A stretch of 64,000 bases of DNA from Acidobacteriota bacterium (GCA_963666055.2 CAXWPH010000012.1:64001-128000), one strand, 5' to 3'. Positions 46,636 through 57,774 are shown, counted from the stretch's first letter. The notes: generated by a model not told the origin, from the letters alone. Numbers and translations: made by a program.

Positions 46636-47103
46636 CTACGGCTGTCGGCGAGACGCAGGTGGGCTCGGCAGCAATCGAAACCGAAACGACACCACGTTGG
46701 CAGCGCCAGCGAAGGGCATCGAACCCTCTTGCTCGAGGGTTACGACCTCGCCCGCCACCACCGTCACTGTTCCGGTGTCGGTGTGCAGCACGCCGTCGTC
46801 GTCGTCGAGTAAATCGATCGCCACCTCGACGTCGAACGCGCGGGTCCTGTCGTTGATGACCTCGGCAGACCAACGGAAGTGAACGCGCTCTTGCTCGACC
46901 GTACTCCAATCGAATTCGTGCTCACCCAGCCGAAGAAGCTGTGCCGCCAGGACCGATCCACCCAGTGGCGTTAGAAGCGCGGCGAGCACCAACACGCCTG
47001 CGAGTCGTGTCCGGGAGCGGCGCGTCACGCGTGCCAACGCTCGTCGAGCCACCCGGCCCTGCGCAACGGAGAACCGATTACCCTCATTGATCGAAGCTAG
47101 CAT
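46636..47103 (-). CDS. Hypothetical exported beta-rich protein
   Basis: Hydrophobic signal-like segment followed by a beta-strand-rich domain; start uncertain. Confidence 0.5.
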   Translation of the reverse strand: MLASINEGNRFSVAQGRVARRALARVTRRSRTRLAGVLVLAALLTPLGGSVLAAQLLRLGEHEFDWSTVEQERVHFRWSAEVINDRTRAFDVEVAIDLLDDDDGVLHTDTGTVTVVAGEVVTLEQEGSMPFAGAANVVSFRFRLLPSPPASRRQP

Positions 47104-47174
47104 GGTCGCTGTCCGAGGGTCAAAGCACCGCCGGAACCTTGCGCGAGAGCCGCTGGCGGCCGACCCAGCCGGAC

Positions 47175-49280
47175 TCATTGCGGGTAGTCTTCGTCGTTCC
47201 ACAATGGATCGACGTTGGGGTCGTACTCATCGCTGACCGTCGTGGCCACGGAGTCCGAAAAAACGGGCGCGCTCTGGCTGGTGTCGTCTGCCTCGAACAG
47301 CTCCCATGGCTCCAATAGCTTGCGCGGCAACTCCTGAAGGAACCGTGAAGGCTGCTGCAGCAACGCACCGCCCACTCCGCCCGGTTGCACGATCGGATAA
47401 CTGAGATACAGCTCGTCGCGGGCTCGCGTCATGGCGACGTAGAAAATGCGACGCTCCTCCTCCTCCCCACCCACCTCGTCCAGCGATCGCCGGCTCGGCA
47501 GGGCACCCTCGACCAGGTGGATGGCGAACACCACGTCCCACTCAAGCCCTTTGGCTTGATGAACGGTCGACAGCACCACCCGCTCGTCGGCCGAGTCGCC
47601 GTCGCTGCCCACATCTTGTCCGTAGAGCTCCCCGAGCAGGACCAGCTCCTCCAGGAACGCGCCGATCGACTCGTACTGCGCCGCGAACACGGCCAGCTGC
47701 TCGAGGTCCTCGACTCGCGACTCGTAGTTGGTGAACTGGGTAGCCGCGATATCGTCGTAGCCACCCTCGATCACAGCACGAATAGCCGCCTCTGGCTCGG
47801 CCAGGTACGCGGCCACTGCCTGCAGCAGTGCAACGAAAGCGCCCCAGGCGTCGTGCGCGCGTCGCTGCAGCAGGTGACGAATGCGCTCCGAACAGAGCTG
47901 GACAATCAGCTCGTCGGCCGAGCTCGCCATTGTCAGCGCCTCCCACAAGCGGCGGGCGGTGACGTTGCCGATTCCTCGTTGGAGCATGAGCGCACGCCGA
48001 AACGCAATCTCGTCGCGCGGGTTATCGACCAGCCGCAGGTAGGCGGTGACGTCCTTGACATGCGCCTGCTCGAAGAAGCGCAAACCGCCACGAACGTCAT
48101 ACGGGATGTCGTAGCGGAGCAGTGTGGTCTCGACAGAAAGTCTGTGCGAATGCGCCCTATACAGCACCGCGATGCGGTTGAGCGGCGTCCCCTCATCGCG
48201 TAGCTGCAGGATACGTTCCGCCACGAAGGCGGCCTCCTGCTCGGCATAGTTGCACGGCACCAGCGCGGGCTGTTGGCCCGACTGGCGACGTGCCCGTAGC
48301 TCCTTCTGATATTGGCCGGTATTGAAGCCGATGCTGGCGTTGGTCAGCTGTAGGATCTCCGGGGTCGAGCGGTAGTTGATCTCCAGCTTGAACACCTCGG
48401 CGTTCGGATGACGTTCCGCGAAGCCGAGGATATTGTCGTAGTGAGCGCCGCGGAAGGAGTAGATACTCTGGCAATCGTCGCCCACGACCATCAGGTTGCC
48501 GCCGTTGGCGCGCGCCAGCGTCTCTACAAGCTCACCCTGGATCAGGTTGGTGTCTTGGTACTCGTCGACGAGTACGTATCGCAGCTGCTCGCCGTAACGG
48601 CGGCACACTTCTGGTACCTCACGGAGTAGGCGCAGCCACATCACCAGAAGGTCGTCATAATCCATCGCGTTCGCCGCCAGCTTGCGCTCTGCGTACCTTC
48701 GAGAGACCGCCGCGATCTGCTCTTCCCAGTCCAGGAAGCGCGGAAAACGCGTTGCCAACAGATCAGCGAACTCCGTGCGTGAGTTAACGTGCAGCGAAAT
48801 CAGCGATGCCAGCACCTTCGGAGATGGAAAGCGTCGCCGCTCGACTTCCACACCGACGTCCGTGATGCAGAGCCGGATGAGGTCGCGCTGGTCACCCGCG
48901 TCGAGGATCGAGAACGAGTCGGTGAAGCCGAGCAACGCCCCATGCCGCCGCAGAACTCTTGCTCCCACGGCGTGGAACGTCCCGCCCCACAGGCGGTCGG
49001 TCTCCACGTTTGTCAACTCGCGGGCCCGGCCCACCATCTCGCGTGCGGCCTTGTTGGTGAACGTGACAAGAAGGATCGCATCGGCGGGCACACCGCGACT
49101 AAGCAGCCAGGCTACGCGATAGGTCAGCGTCCGCGTCTTACCCGTGCCGGCGCCGGCGATTACCAGCTTTTCACCGTCCCCACAGCTTACGGCGCCGTAC
49201 TGCTGCTCGTTGAGGTCGCCCTCGAAGTCCACATCGAGCGCCGGGCCAGCGCGGCGTGGGATGAGGAACTTCCGCGCCAT
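47175..49280 (-). CDS. UvrD/PcrA family ATP-dependent DNA helicase
   Basis: AGAGTGKT, TFTNKAA, DEYQDTN, GDDCQSIYSFRGA, NYRS, STVHQAKGLEW and YVAMTRA motifs. Confidence 0.93.
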   Translation of the reverse strand: MARKFLIPRRAGPALDVDFEGDLNEQQYGAVSCGDGEKLVIAGAGTGKTRTLTYRVAWLLSRGVPADAILLVTFTNKAAREMVGRARELTNVETDRLWGGTFHAVGARVLRRHGALLGFTDSFSILDAGDQRDLIRLCITDVGVEVERRRFPSPKVLASLISLHVNSRTEFADLLATRFPRFLDWEEQIAAVSRRYAERKLAANAMDYDDLLVMWLRLLREVPEVCRRYGEQLRYVLVDEYQDTNLIQGELVETLARANGGNLMVVGDDCQSIYSFRGAHYDNILGFAERHPNAEVFKLEINYRSTPEILQLTNASIGFNTGQYQKELRARRQSGQQPALVPCNYAEQEAAFVAERILQLRDEGTPLNRIAVLYRAHSHRLSVETTLLRYDIPYDVRGGLRFFEQAHVKDVTAYLRLVDNPRDEIAFRRALMLQRGIGNVTARRLWEALTMASSADELIVQLCSERIRHLLQRRAHDAWGAFVALLQAVAAYLAEPEAAIRAVIEGGYDDIAATQFTNYESRVEDLEQLAVFAAQYESIGAFLEELVLLGELYGQDVGSDGDSADERVVLSTVHQAKGLEWDVVFAIHLVEGALPSRRSLDEVGGEEEERRIFYVAMTRARDELYLSYPIVQPGGVGGALLQQPSRFLQELPRKLLEPWELFEADDTSQSAPVFSDSVATTVSDEYDPNVDPLWNDEDYPQ

Positions 49281-49284
49281 CGCG

Positions 49285-51054
49285 TCAGTGGGCCGGCGCT
49301 GGAACGGGTCCGTCGATCAGCGCCCAACGCGCGCTGCCCGAGCTCATCAAGCGCAGCAACGCCACTCGGCGGGCCAGGGCGGTGGGATCTGGGATAACAC
49401 CAGAGATATCATCGACCGTCCAAATCGGCGCCGCCGCCGCGCTAGCGCCGGTCAGAAGGCCGCTGATTTGCTCGAACATGGTGCGTTGTCGCGGATACAG
49501 CCGCACGTTCACTTCGGTACGAGCGTCGATGCCGGCCGCGCGCCGTGCGGCGCTGAGGGCGGCGCGCAGTCCGCCGATCTCGTCGACCAGACCCACTTCC
49601 AGAGCCTGCTCACCGGTCCACACCCGCCCAGCGGCCAACCGTTCAACCTCCGCCAAGCTCAGATCACGGGCGTCAGCTACTTTCTCGAGAAAAGTGCGGT
49701 AGGTCTCCGCGATGGAGGCCTCGATAACCTCGCGCTCCGACGGCGACAGCCTCTGCGAATCGAGAAAAAGGCCGGCGTTAGCACCCCGTGTGACGGCATC
49801 GTTGGCGATGCCGAGCTTCTCGTAGGCACCCGCCAAGTTGTAACGACCCATGGTCACGCCGATCGAACCGGTATAGGTGGCACCGTCGGCAAGCACGCGA
49901 GTTCCGGCGGTGGCAATCCAGTACCCGCCCGACGCGGCGACGTCGGACATGCTCACGATAACCGGCATGGACTCCGCCGCCAGCGCTACCTCACGCCAGA
50001 TCACATCCGACGCCGTGACCGCCCCCCCCGGACTGTCAACGCGCACGACGATAGCGCGCACGCGAGCGCTCTGACGCGCCGTCCGGATGGCCCGGGCGAT
50101 CGTATCGCCGCCGGCAACAGCACCACCGAACGGATCGTTGGAGACGTCACCCGGCAGGATCAGCCCGTCGACGTGAACCAGCGCGATGGCCGGACGCCCC
50201 AGGCTCCAGCCGCTGGGTCCGGCAAGCTCCCAGTAATCGCGAACGCCGACGCGTTGAGCATCGCCGCCACCCCCGAGGACCTCGGCGAGGCTGTCGTGGA
50301 AGCCGAGCTCGTCGACGAGGCCAAGCTCCTGAGCTGCGGCTGCGGGGAGGATGCCGCGGTCGATCGCCGCCTGCACTGTCTCGCGGTCAAGATCTCGATC
50401 CTCGGCGATGCCGTCGACGATCTGCCCATAGATGCTATCGAGCAAGCTCTCCAACACCAGCCGCTCTTCGTCGCTCATGCCGGTCTTCGTATACGGATTC
50501 ATCGCCGACTTGTAAGGCCCGGTGGCGAACGTCTCGAACTCTATCCCGAGCTTGTCGAGCAGCTCTCGGTAGTACTGCGTGCGGGCGGCCAGTCCCAGGA
50601 CGAAGCTACCGGTGGGCACCTGAACCAGTGTGTCCGCAGCCGAAGCAACGTACAGATCGATCAGCGTGCCGAGCTCGAGCATCGCCACCACCGGCTTGCC
50701 CGAATCGCGGAACGCATGCACGGCGGAACGGATCTCTTGCGCTTTCGCGAAGCCGCCAAGCATCGGACCTACGCACAGCACGGCGGCGGAGACGCGCGGG
50801 TCATCGGCCGCTCGGCGCAGCGCGTTGTCGATCTCTCGAACCGACAGCGGACCGATCGAGCGGTTGCCCCAGAGGTAAGCTGGTCGCTCCACCACCTGCC
50901 CCACCAGGCTGACCTCTAGCACATTGTCTGTGCCGAGACTCCCCCGCTGTCCGAGGACGGCGCGATTGAGGAACTGGGTTGCCCACCAGAACAGCAATAT
51001 CAACAACAGGAACCCCAGGATTACCCAGGTCCAGGAACTCCGCCGTTGCGCCAT
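49285..51054 (-). CDS. sppA: Signal peptide peptidase SppA (long form)
   Basis: N-terminal TM, two S49 domains, G.YKSA, RVDSPGG, AASGGY and TGSIGV motifs. Confidence 0.92.
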   Translation of the reverse strand: MAQRRSSWTWVILGFLLLILLFWWATQFLNRAVLGQRGSLGTDNVLEVSLVGQVVERPAYLWGNRSIGPLSVREIDNALRRAADDPRVSAAVLCVGPMLGGFAKAQEIRSAVHAFRDSGKPVVAMLELGTLIDLYVASAADTLVQVPTGSFVLGLAARTQYYRELLDKLGIEFETFATGPYKSAMNPYTKTGMSDEERLVLESLLDSIYGQIVDGIAEDRDLDRETVQAAIDRGILPAAAAQELGLVDELGFHDSLAEVLGGGGDAQRVGVRDYWELAGPSGWSLGRPAIALVHVDGLILPGDVSNDPFGGAVAGGDTIARAIRTARQSARVRAIVVRVDSPGGAVTASDVIWREVALAAESMPVIVSMSDVAASGGYWIATAGTRVLADGATYTGSIGVTMGRYNLAGAYEKLGIANDAVTRGANAGLFLDSQRLSPSEREVIEASIAETYRTFLEKVADARDLSLAEVERLAAGRVWTGEQALEVGLVDEIGGLRAALSAARRAAGIDARTEVNVRLYPRQRTMFEQISGLLTGASAAAAPIWTVDDISGVIPDPTALARRVALLRLMSSGSARWALIDGPVPAPAH

Positions 51055-51086
51055 CCGCCCGCCCCCGCCTTACCTTCGTCCAGGAC

Positions 51087-51371
51087 TCAAAATACGACGT
51101 CGAAACTGCTCGCCAGCGCAGCCTCGTCAGGCTCGTCGCTCACTTCGAGCCGATCCACCCGTGCGGTCGGCGAGCCTTGATGGCACCACGCAATGAAGTG
51201 CTCCACTGTCGCCGGTGGTCCCTCCACGACAGCTTCCACGGCCCCGTCGTCGCAGTTGCGAACCCACCCCCGCAGACCGAGTCGTGTCGCTGCGGTGCGC
51301 GCGTGGGCGCGGTAATACACTCCCTGGACCCGCCCTCGGATTCGCAGGCGAACGCGTTGAACCGTGCTCAT
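51087..51371 (-). CDS. acyP: Acylphosphatase
   Basis: GRVQGVYYR and GWVRN..DG.VE motifs. Confidence 0.9.
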   Translation of the reverse strand: MSTVQRVRLRIRGRVQGVYYRAHARTAATRLGLRGWVRNCDDGAVEAVVEGPPATVEHFIAWCHQGSPTARVDRLEVSDEPDEAALASSFDVVF

Positions 51372-51505
51372 CAACCACCATTCTACCGACAATGGCACGT
51401 TGGCGGCGCTAATATCGAGCTTCATCAGGAGGTATAGCCATTCGACTCCCCGCGTTTGCCAGCTCACGCATCGGTCGCGATCCCTGGGGCCAGTTCTTTC
51501 TCGGC

Positions 51506-52753
51506 ATGGCCCTGCTGTGGTCGCTGGCAATTCCGCTTTCCATTGCCGTGGCGGAGATTGCGCTGTGGACGTCTCTGGTCCTGTGGTGCGCCAATTGGCT
51601 TCGGTTGGAGCTAGCACGCGCCGGTTCGGTACCTGAGCCGCCGGCCCGCGGCCCCGCCGGCGACGTCTTCTCGCTTGTCGGCACCCCTCTGATGGCGTTC
51701 TGGGGGGTCTCGATGATCTCGGCGCTCGCGTCGCGCGCACCGGTCGAGAGCCTCTGGTCCTTGCGTGAGGTATTCCTGTTCGCGGCCCCGATGGTCACCT
51801 ACCTTGCTTACCGGCACCCATCGATGCGCCGGCTCGGATTGCGTGCCCTCGGAATCGGCGTGTTGATAGCGATCATCGTCGGGCTGTTGGGCACCGTGCT
51901 GGCGGTTCAAAGAGGCGCGTTCCCGGGAGCGTATCGTCCAGATGGCACGCTCGGGCACTACATGACGTATGCGGGAGCACTGATGTTGGCGATTCCGATG
52001 CTGCTGGTGCTGCGCGACGGATGGGTCGGCATGCTCCACCGTGCGCTGGCCCTGGGAGCGCTCGTGGTCATCGGGCTCACGATGACCCGTTCTGCCTGGA
52101 TCGGTTGCGTGGTCGGCCTCGCACTTTGGTTCGGCTTGCGGTTCGTGCCCAGCCGCTCAGCCGGCGGCGGCCCGCCGCCTCGCCGATGGGCCGCATACGT
52201 AGTGCTGCTGCTCATCGGCGTCGTCGTCGGAGGCGTGGTGTTGTTGACGCTCGCCGGCCCGGAAGCGCTGTACGAGCGCGGCGCGAGCATCTTCTCTCTA
52301 GACAACCCGACGAACCTCGATCGCCTGGCTATGGCAGCTACCGGGTTGCGCATCATCCAGGCGCATCCTCTCCTCGGTGTCGGGCCGGGGCTGATTCCCC
52401 GCGTCTACCCGGCCTGGCGGGTGGAATGGGCCGTGAAAGAGACCAACCCCCACTTGCACAACGATGCGCTACACCTAGCGGCCGAGCGCGGCTTGCTTGG
52501 ACTGGCAACGTGGCTGTGGCTAATGGCCGCTTTCGCCGTGGGCGCCTGGCGAGTTCTACGCTACACGGGCCCCTTCGCGGAAGGCGGACCGGAGGCCCGC
52601 GCCGCCCTGGCCGCCCTCGGGGCATTCCTCACGATGGGGCTGTTCGAGTACAACTTTTCTGACTCGGAAGTACTCATGGTTCTGCTCTTCGCCACCACAT
52701 TGCCGTTCGCCGCCAGCGCCGGATTGGTACTCGGAAGAGATCGCGAAAGCTGA
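51506..52753 (+). CDS. O-antigen ligase family protein
   Basis: Multiple TM helices, [16 protein letters not shown] and HLHND.L..AAERG motifs. Confidence 0.82.
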   Translation: MALLWSLAIPLSIAVAEIALWTSLVLWCANWLRLELARAGSVPEPPARGPAGDVFSLVGTPLMAFWGVSMISALASRAPVESLWSLREVFLFAAPMVTYLAYRHPSMRRLGLRALGIGVLIAIIVGLLGTVLAVQRGAFPGAYRPDGTLGHYMTYAGALMLAIPMLLVLRDGWVGMLHRALALGALVVIGLTMTRSAWIGCVVGLALWFGLRFVPSRSAGGGPPPRRWAAYVVLLLIGVVVGGVVLLTLAGPEALYERGASIFSLDNPTNLDRLAMAATGLRIIQAHPLLGVGPGLIPRVYPAWRVEWAVKETNPHLHNDALHLAAERGLLGLATWLWLMAAFAVGAWRVLRYTGPFAEGGPEARAALAALGAFLTMGLFEYNFSDSEVLMVLLFATTLPFAASAGLVLGRDRES

Positions 52754-52780
52754 CGGCGCCGCCTACTCTGGTGGCCTGAC

Positions 52781-53347
52781 TCAGCACCCTGCTAGGCCGA
52801 GCTCGGGGGCGATGGAGCGCAGCGACTCAACGATGCAGGCCACGTGCTCCTTCATGTCAACACCAAGCTCGGCGGCGCCGGCGCGCAGATGCTCGCGATC
52901 GATGGCGCGACAGAACGCCTTGTCCTTGAGCTTCTTGATGATCGACTTCACCGGAAGATCGACCACCGACTTGCTCGGACGCACCAGCGCCACCGCGACG
53001 ATGAGCCCTACGAGCTCGTCCACGGCGTAGAGCGTCTGGTCGAGGCGGCTCGTACGCTCGACGCCGGTATGATCGGAGTGCCCCAGAATCGCGTGAACGA
53101 TCTCCTCCGCGTAACCGAGCTCGCGTAGGATCCTGGCACCCACGTAGGGGTGCTCCTCCAAAGAAGGGTGCTCCTCGTAATCGAAGTCGTGCAGCAGCCC
53201 GACAACCCCCCACAACTCCTCGTCCTCTTGGAAGCGCCGCGCGTAGCCGCGCATGGCAGCTTCCACGCCAAGGGCGTGCTTGACGAGATTGGCGTTCTGC
53301 GTGTGCTCGCTGAGCAACGCCCAGGCCTGCTGCCGCGTCGGGACCAT
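52781..53347 (-). CDS. HD (HDIG) domain metal-dependent phosphohydrolase
   Basis: H.L.VEAAM, GLLHDFDYE, AILGH and KKLKDKAF motifs. Confidence 0.85.
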   Translation of the reverse strand: MVPTRQQAWALLSEHTQNANLVKHALGVEAAMRGYARRFQEDEELWGVVGLLHDFDYEEHPSLEEHPYVGARILRELGYAEEIVHAILGHSDHTGVERTSRLDQTLYAVDELVGLIVAVALVRPSKSVVDLPVKSIIKKLKDKAFCRAIDREHLRAGAAELGVDMKEHVACIVESLRSIAPELGLAGC

Positions 53348-53363
53348 CGCGGTCGAGGTAAGG

Positions 53364-54458
53364 CTACTGGATGGCGCCGAAGCCGCCGAGCGGGTTCTCG
53401 AGGCTCACGACTGTGGTGCCGTCGCGCGACAGAAGAGCATAGCCGTCCATGACCACCTGGATATTGTCGTCGGACTCGAGTTGTCGTAGATCACTTGGGG
53501 TGAATGGACGCAGCGTACCGCGAGCCACGACGTCCTGGCCACCCAGGCGATCGAGCGCCCAATACCATTCCGACAGCAAGCGCGAATTGAAGAAAATCTG
53601 CGCCCTCCGGCCTTCCCCGTCCTCGACAACAAAGTACGGAGCACGCTCGACGAAACGCTTCTCAGTGAGTCGCACGTCGTACAGATCGACGGTGCCACCG
53701 GCCAACCGCTGAACGGTCTGAATATAAGTGGTGTCGTTCGCCAACTCCTCGAGGGCCGCCGGCATGCCCAACGGATGCACGCTGGCGGCGAAGCGCAGCT
53801 CATCTGCCGGAATGTACGGCATCAGGATTTCGTTGCCATCCACGAGCACGCGCATGAACTCGAGAGCGTCGAGCTCCTCCTTCGTAAACAGCTCCTCGTC
53901 GTTGCGATCGAGTGCCGGATTCTGCGGTACCCATCCAAGTGGGCTCTCGTAGAGGCCATTGACCCGGAGATCGATAGTCTGCCCGACCGTTATGGCAAGC
54001 AGATCGAGGTTCTCTCCGGGAATGATGATTTGCCCGGCAGGGGGCGGCCCTTCTTGCTGAAACGTGAGCGTCGGCTCGGCATCGGCGGCACCTTGATCCT
54101 CAGCGGCGCTCTCGTCGCCAGCCCCTTCATCCCCGGTCGCCGCCGGGACCGCGACCGGCGTCGTCGCCGGCGCTGCGGTGTCGGCGTCCACCAGCATGAT
54201 CGAGTCCTGGTCAATGTGCTCGACCCGCAGCCCGGTGACCACGACCTCGATGCTCGGCGGCGGGGCACTCAGCGCGTGCAGCATGAACGGCCGCGGATGG
54301 CTCGGGCTTGCAAGATACTCGGCCAAGGTCAGCTGCTGCGGTGACTTCAAGTAGAAGTTGGTGAAGTACGGTACCGCGAAGATGTAGTAGCCGAAGGCCA
54401 CCGCTAGTAAGAGCAGGAGCCAGTTGAGGGGATCTGTGACGAATGTTTTGAGCGCCAT
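53364..54458 (-). CDS. Hypothetical membrane-anchored protein
   Basis: 364-aa ORF with N-terminal TM helix and an acidic low-complexity linker; no family recognised. Confidence 0.6.
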   Translation of the reverse strand: MALKTFVTDPLNWLLLLLAVAFGYYIFAVPYFTNFYLKSPQQLTLAEYLASPSHPRPFMLHALSAPPPSIEVVVTGLRVEHIDQDSIMLVDADTAAPATTPVAVPAATGDEGAGDESAAEDQGAADAEPTLTFQQEGPPPAGQIIIPGENLDLLAITVGQTIDLRVNGLYESPLGWVPQNPALDRNDEELFTKEELDALEFMRVLVDGNEILMPYIPADELRFAASVHPLGMPAALEELANDTTYIQTVQRLAGGTVDLYDVRLTEKRFVERAPYFVVEDGEGRRAQIFFNSRLLSEWYWALDRLGGQDVVARGTLRPFTPSDLRQLESDDNIQVVMDGYALLSRDGTTVVSLENPLGGFGAIQ

Positions 54459-54603
54459 CGGGCCGTTCCGCAGGACGTGATGCTGGGTTTCGTGGGATTG
54501 CTAGCTTTGGTCTTCCCTGGCAGAGACGCCAGCGGGGTGTTTCGAGGCTGGCGCATTATAAGCGCCGATACGGAGGCGTGTCGAGTTGCGGATAGCAATC
54601 ACC

Positions 54604-55676
54604 TCACGCGGAACGCGCGAAGCGGATGACATCGTTCCGCTTGCCCAGGATGATCAGAGTTGAGCCCACCTCCAAACAATAATCGGGCGACGGATCGAAC
54701 AAGAAATCGCCGTCAGTGTTCAGAATGCCCACAACGATCACACCGAAGTCGTGCCGCAGGTTGCAATCCAGGATGGATTTGCCGATCAACCCGAGCCGGT
54801 CGAGATACTGAGCTCCTCGAGCTGCAGGTCCAGTCCGAAGCTGGCGGTGACGATCTCGGTGAAATCCACCGTGTGAGGGCGCGTCACGGAGTTCGACATC
54901 GACCGGGCGCCAATACGCTCTGGCGACACCACTCGATCAGCTCCTGCGGCAAGCAGCCGTCGCTCACCCTGCTCGGTGACACTGCGCGCGATGATCTGCA
55001 GTCCGACGCAAAGATCGCGCGCCAGGAGGGTCACGTAAACGTTGTCGGCCTCGTGCGAGAGGGTTAGCAACAAGCCCGCTGCTCGCTCGATCCCTGCTGC
55101 TCGCAACACGCTCTCCTCCACGGCGTCGCCGCGCAAGTGTGGCACGCCAGTGGCGTCGAGATCGCCGAGAGCTTCCTCATTGATGTCGACCACCAACACG
55201 GGGACCCCGTCTGCCAAGAGGTGTCGACACGCCTCACGCCCGACTCGGCCATAGCCGCAGATAATGTGGTGGTTGGCGATGCGCGAGATCTCCTTGTCCA
55301 TCCTTCTCCTCCCGACCACACGGCGCAGATCCCCTTCGATCGCCAGGCGCGAGAACATCGCGGCGACGTACAGAAAGGCACTCGCTCCGGTAAGGATCAA
55401 GACCATGGTGAGGACCCGCCCCCCGGTGCTCAGTGGCCGCACCTCCTGGAAGCCGACGGTGCTCAACGTCAAGATGACCATGTACAAGCTGTCGACGAGC
55501 GTCCAGCCCTCGACGAGCACGTAACCGACGGTACCGGCGATCAGGATGAAGGCGATCACCGCAAGGCCTAGGCGCGCTGCTTGCAGGCGCCGACGGTACT
55601 CTACGTCGCTGCTACCGTACGGCGGCCGGCCACCGGGGGACGCGGTTGAATCCAAGCGTTCAGCCGGGCTCACCAT
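54604..55676 (-). pseudogene. Potassium channel with TrkA/RCK domains, split by a frameshift near 54788
   Basis: TLSTVGF pore motif and CGYGRVG RCK_N; RCK_C is interrupted at TCG GGT TGA and continues as LIGKSILD...GVIVVGI in another frame. Confidence 0.75.
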
Positions 55677-56142
55677 CGTGGATCGTGCGGAAACTCAGAA
55701 CCTCGTAGTTGCGGCTGCCCCTGGGTGTTTGAACCGTGATCTCGTCGCCGTCCACCTTGCCGGCAAGCGCTTGGCCGATTGGTGAGGTGATCGAGATACG
55801 GCCCGCTTTCGGGTCGGTCTCGTCGCCGGAAACGAGCGCGTACGAGATCTCTTCGTCGTTGTCGAGGTCAAGCAACTCCACCGTCGAGCCGAAACCGATC
55901 GTGTCGCGAGAAATCATCTCGGTGTTCATGTTCGAGATGGCCTGCCGTTTTTGGTAAAGGCGCAGGAGCAGGGCGGTGACCGTGTCCTTACGATCCTTCG
56001 CCGCTTCATGCTCAGCGTTCTCGCTCAGATCACCGTGCGCGGCGGCTTCGGCCAGCTGGCGCGGCAACTCGACCTTGAGCTCGCGCTCCAAGGCGCTGAT
56101 TTCGACGGCGAGGTTCTTCAGTAGGTCTTCACGAATGCCCAT
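55660..56142 (-). CDS. greA: Transcription elongation factor GreA
   Basis: HGDLSENAE.EAAK and ISITSPIGQAL motifs. Confidence 0.9.
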   Translation of the reverse strand: MGIREDLLKNLAVEISALERELKVELPRQLAEAAAHGDLSENAEHEAAKDRKDTVTALLLRLYQKRQAISNMNTEMISRDTIGFGSTVELLDLDNDEEISYALVSGDETDPKAGRISITSPIGQALAGKVDGDEITVQTPRGSRNYEVLSFRTIHDGEPG

Positions 56143-56220
56143 CGGCGGGTCCTGATTTGGCTAGAAGGTTGCGGATTTGGCAGCTCGATCGCCAGCCGCA
56201 AGGTTGGCAGACCGGCGCGC

Positions 56221-57276
56221 TCAGCGTCGGACGCGCGCCAAGGCGACGACGACAGCCGGCAAGGTGTTGTCGAGGTGAAGGGCTTGCCTGTAGGCCGTCT
56301 CCGCACCAGCTAACCGGTCCTGCATTTCCAGCGACAGGCCGAGGTTATACCAAGCACCAGCATCTCGGGCACGGTGTTCGATCACATGGCGGAAAACCCG
56401 TTCGGCGGTCTCGTAGTCTTGCAACAGAAGCGCCGTGGTACCGCTGGTGACCCAGCCATCCAGATCATCGGGGTGGCGGCTCAGGTGCTCAGCCAGCACC
56501 TCGGCGGCCCTCGCTGGCTGATCGTTCGCGATAAGGGCCCGCGCCAAGTCATAGCGTGCATATCGGTAGTCTGGCTGAAGATCCAGAGCGTGGCGGAATT
56601 CGCCAATCGCATCCGCGTAGCGCTCGTCCAAGTACGCCGTGATGCCGCGATGTGTCCAGTACGCCGGATTGTCGGGCTCCGGCGCGCCGACACGCACCGT
56701 CGAGCCCACAAGATACCCATGCTGCGGTTGATCCTCCGGCAAGGACTCGGGCGGAGCCTCTGTGTAGAGCGTGTCGATTCCGTCGATGAGCGCTGGTTGG
56801 AGCACGCGCACGAACACTTCGGTCAGAAACAGCTGGTAGCGGCCGGCCTGTGCAACTCCGAGACCAACGTGCGTAAACGCCGGATCAAGACGATTCAGGC
56901 GATGTCCGTCGCTCGCCTGCAGAGCCGTATTCAACGCCTCGACGGTCCCGTCGAGAGCAACGTTCTCGCCGAACTGAAACACGCGTGGAAACGCCAATTT
57001 GACGCGCGTCTCAGTACTCACTCCGTAGCGATGTGAGTAGTGGGTCACGACACCGCTGGCCGCCATCTCTCGGCTGTGCTGGTACGCCAACAGGTCCAGA
57101 TCCGGGTGACCCTGCAGCTCGGTAACAGCCGCGGCGGTGCGCGCCACGTTCAACAGCTCTAGCAGCTCGCGACCTAGCCGACTCTCGTTCTCTGTTGGAT
57201 ACGCCACCTCGCTCGTCTGCGCAGAGATCGCCGTGCAGGCGATCGTAGCGCACACGCAAGCGGCCAGGCAGGTCAT
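56221..57276 (-). CDS. Secreted CAP (SCP) domain plus TPR protein
   Basis: LN.AR, HS.EM, GENVA, S.GHR.N and FTHVGLG CAP motifs; C-terminal TPRs (AWYNLG); ATG 57276 overlaps the upstream stop. Confidence 0.78.
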   Translation of the reverse strand: MTCLAACVCATIACTAISAQTSEVAYPTENESRLGRELLELLNVARTAAAVTELQGHPDLDLLAYQHSREMAASGVVTHYSHRYGVSTETRVKLAFPRVFQFGENVALDGTVEALNTALQASDGHRLNRLDPAFTHVGLGVAQAGRYQLFLTEVFVRVLQPALIDGIDTLYTEAPPESLPEDQPQHGYLVGSTVRVGAPEPDNPAYWTHRGITAYLDERYADAIGEFRHALDLQPDYRYARYDLARALIANDQPARAAEVLAEHLSRHPDDLDGWVTSGTTALLLQDYETAERVFRHVIEHRARDAGAWYNLGLSLEMQDRLAGAETAYRQALHLDNTLPAVVVALARVRR

Positions 57277-57725
57277 GAGAAAAACAGCGCCACGCAACCG
57301 CAGGCGAGGTTGAATTGCATGCTCAGCACGGAAGCGCGATGCAGCTGGTTAAACTGCCGACTATCGGCAGCATGGCCCTCTTCACGCAGGCGGCGGATGC
57401 GCGGCGAGACGACGCGGGCGGAATAGAAGGCGCTAGCGCTCATCATGGCGATGCAAACGTACTCGATGGCGTACCAGGGAGACAGCCGGCCAAACCAGAC
57501 CACCAACAATGGGCTGGTAATCAACAACAGCAGTATGCACCCCATCACGACGACGTCGAAACGACGAAACACCGCCGCCATGATGCGACCAGCCTCCGGG
57601 CGGCTCGAGGCGTCGCGAAATACCGCCGGCGCAGCAACAGCACCGAGGGTGACAATCCCACCGATCCAGACGCCGAGAGCGGCGGTATGCAAGAAATGGA
57701 GTATGAGGTAGGTCCAGTTCGGCAT
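57273..57725 (-). CDS. DUF4149 family membrane protein
   Basis: Four TM helices, APAVF and F..LH..S motifs. Confidence 0.7.
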   Translation of the reverse strand: MPNWTYLILHFLHTAALGVWIGGIVTLGAVAAPAVFRDASSRPEAGRIMAAVFRRFDVVVMGCILLLLITSPLLVVWFGRLSPWYAIEYVCIAMMSASAFYSARVVSPRIRRLREEGHAADSRQFNQLHRASVLSMQFNLACGCVALFFS

Positions 57726-57774
57726 CGTCTCGTACCTCCGATGGGCGCCGCAGGCCCCGGTGACCGGCGCAGCT

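Noticed and set aside
49144-50919. Long antisense ORFs (this 591-aa one and many others in the track)
   Set aside because: Shadow ORFs opposite well-supported genes, expected in high-GC DNA; no protein motifs
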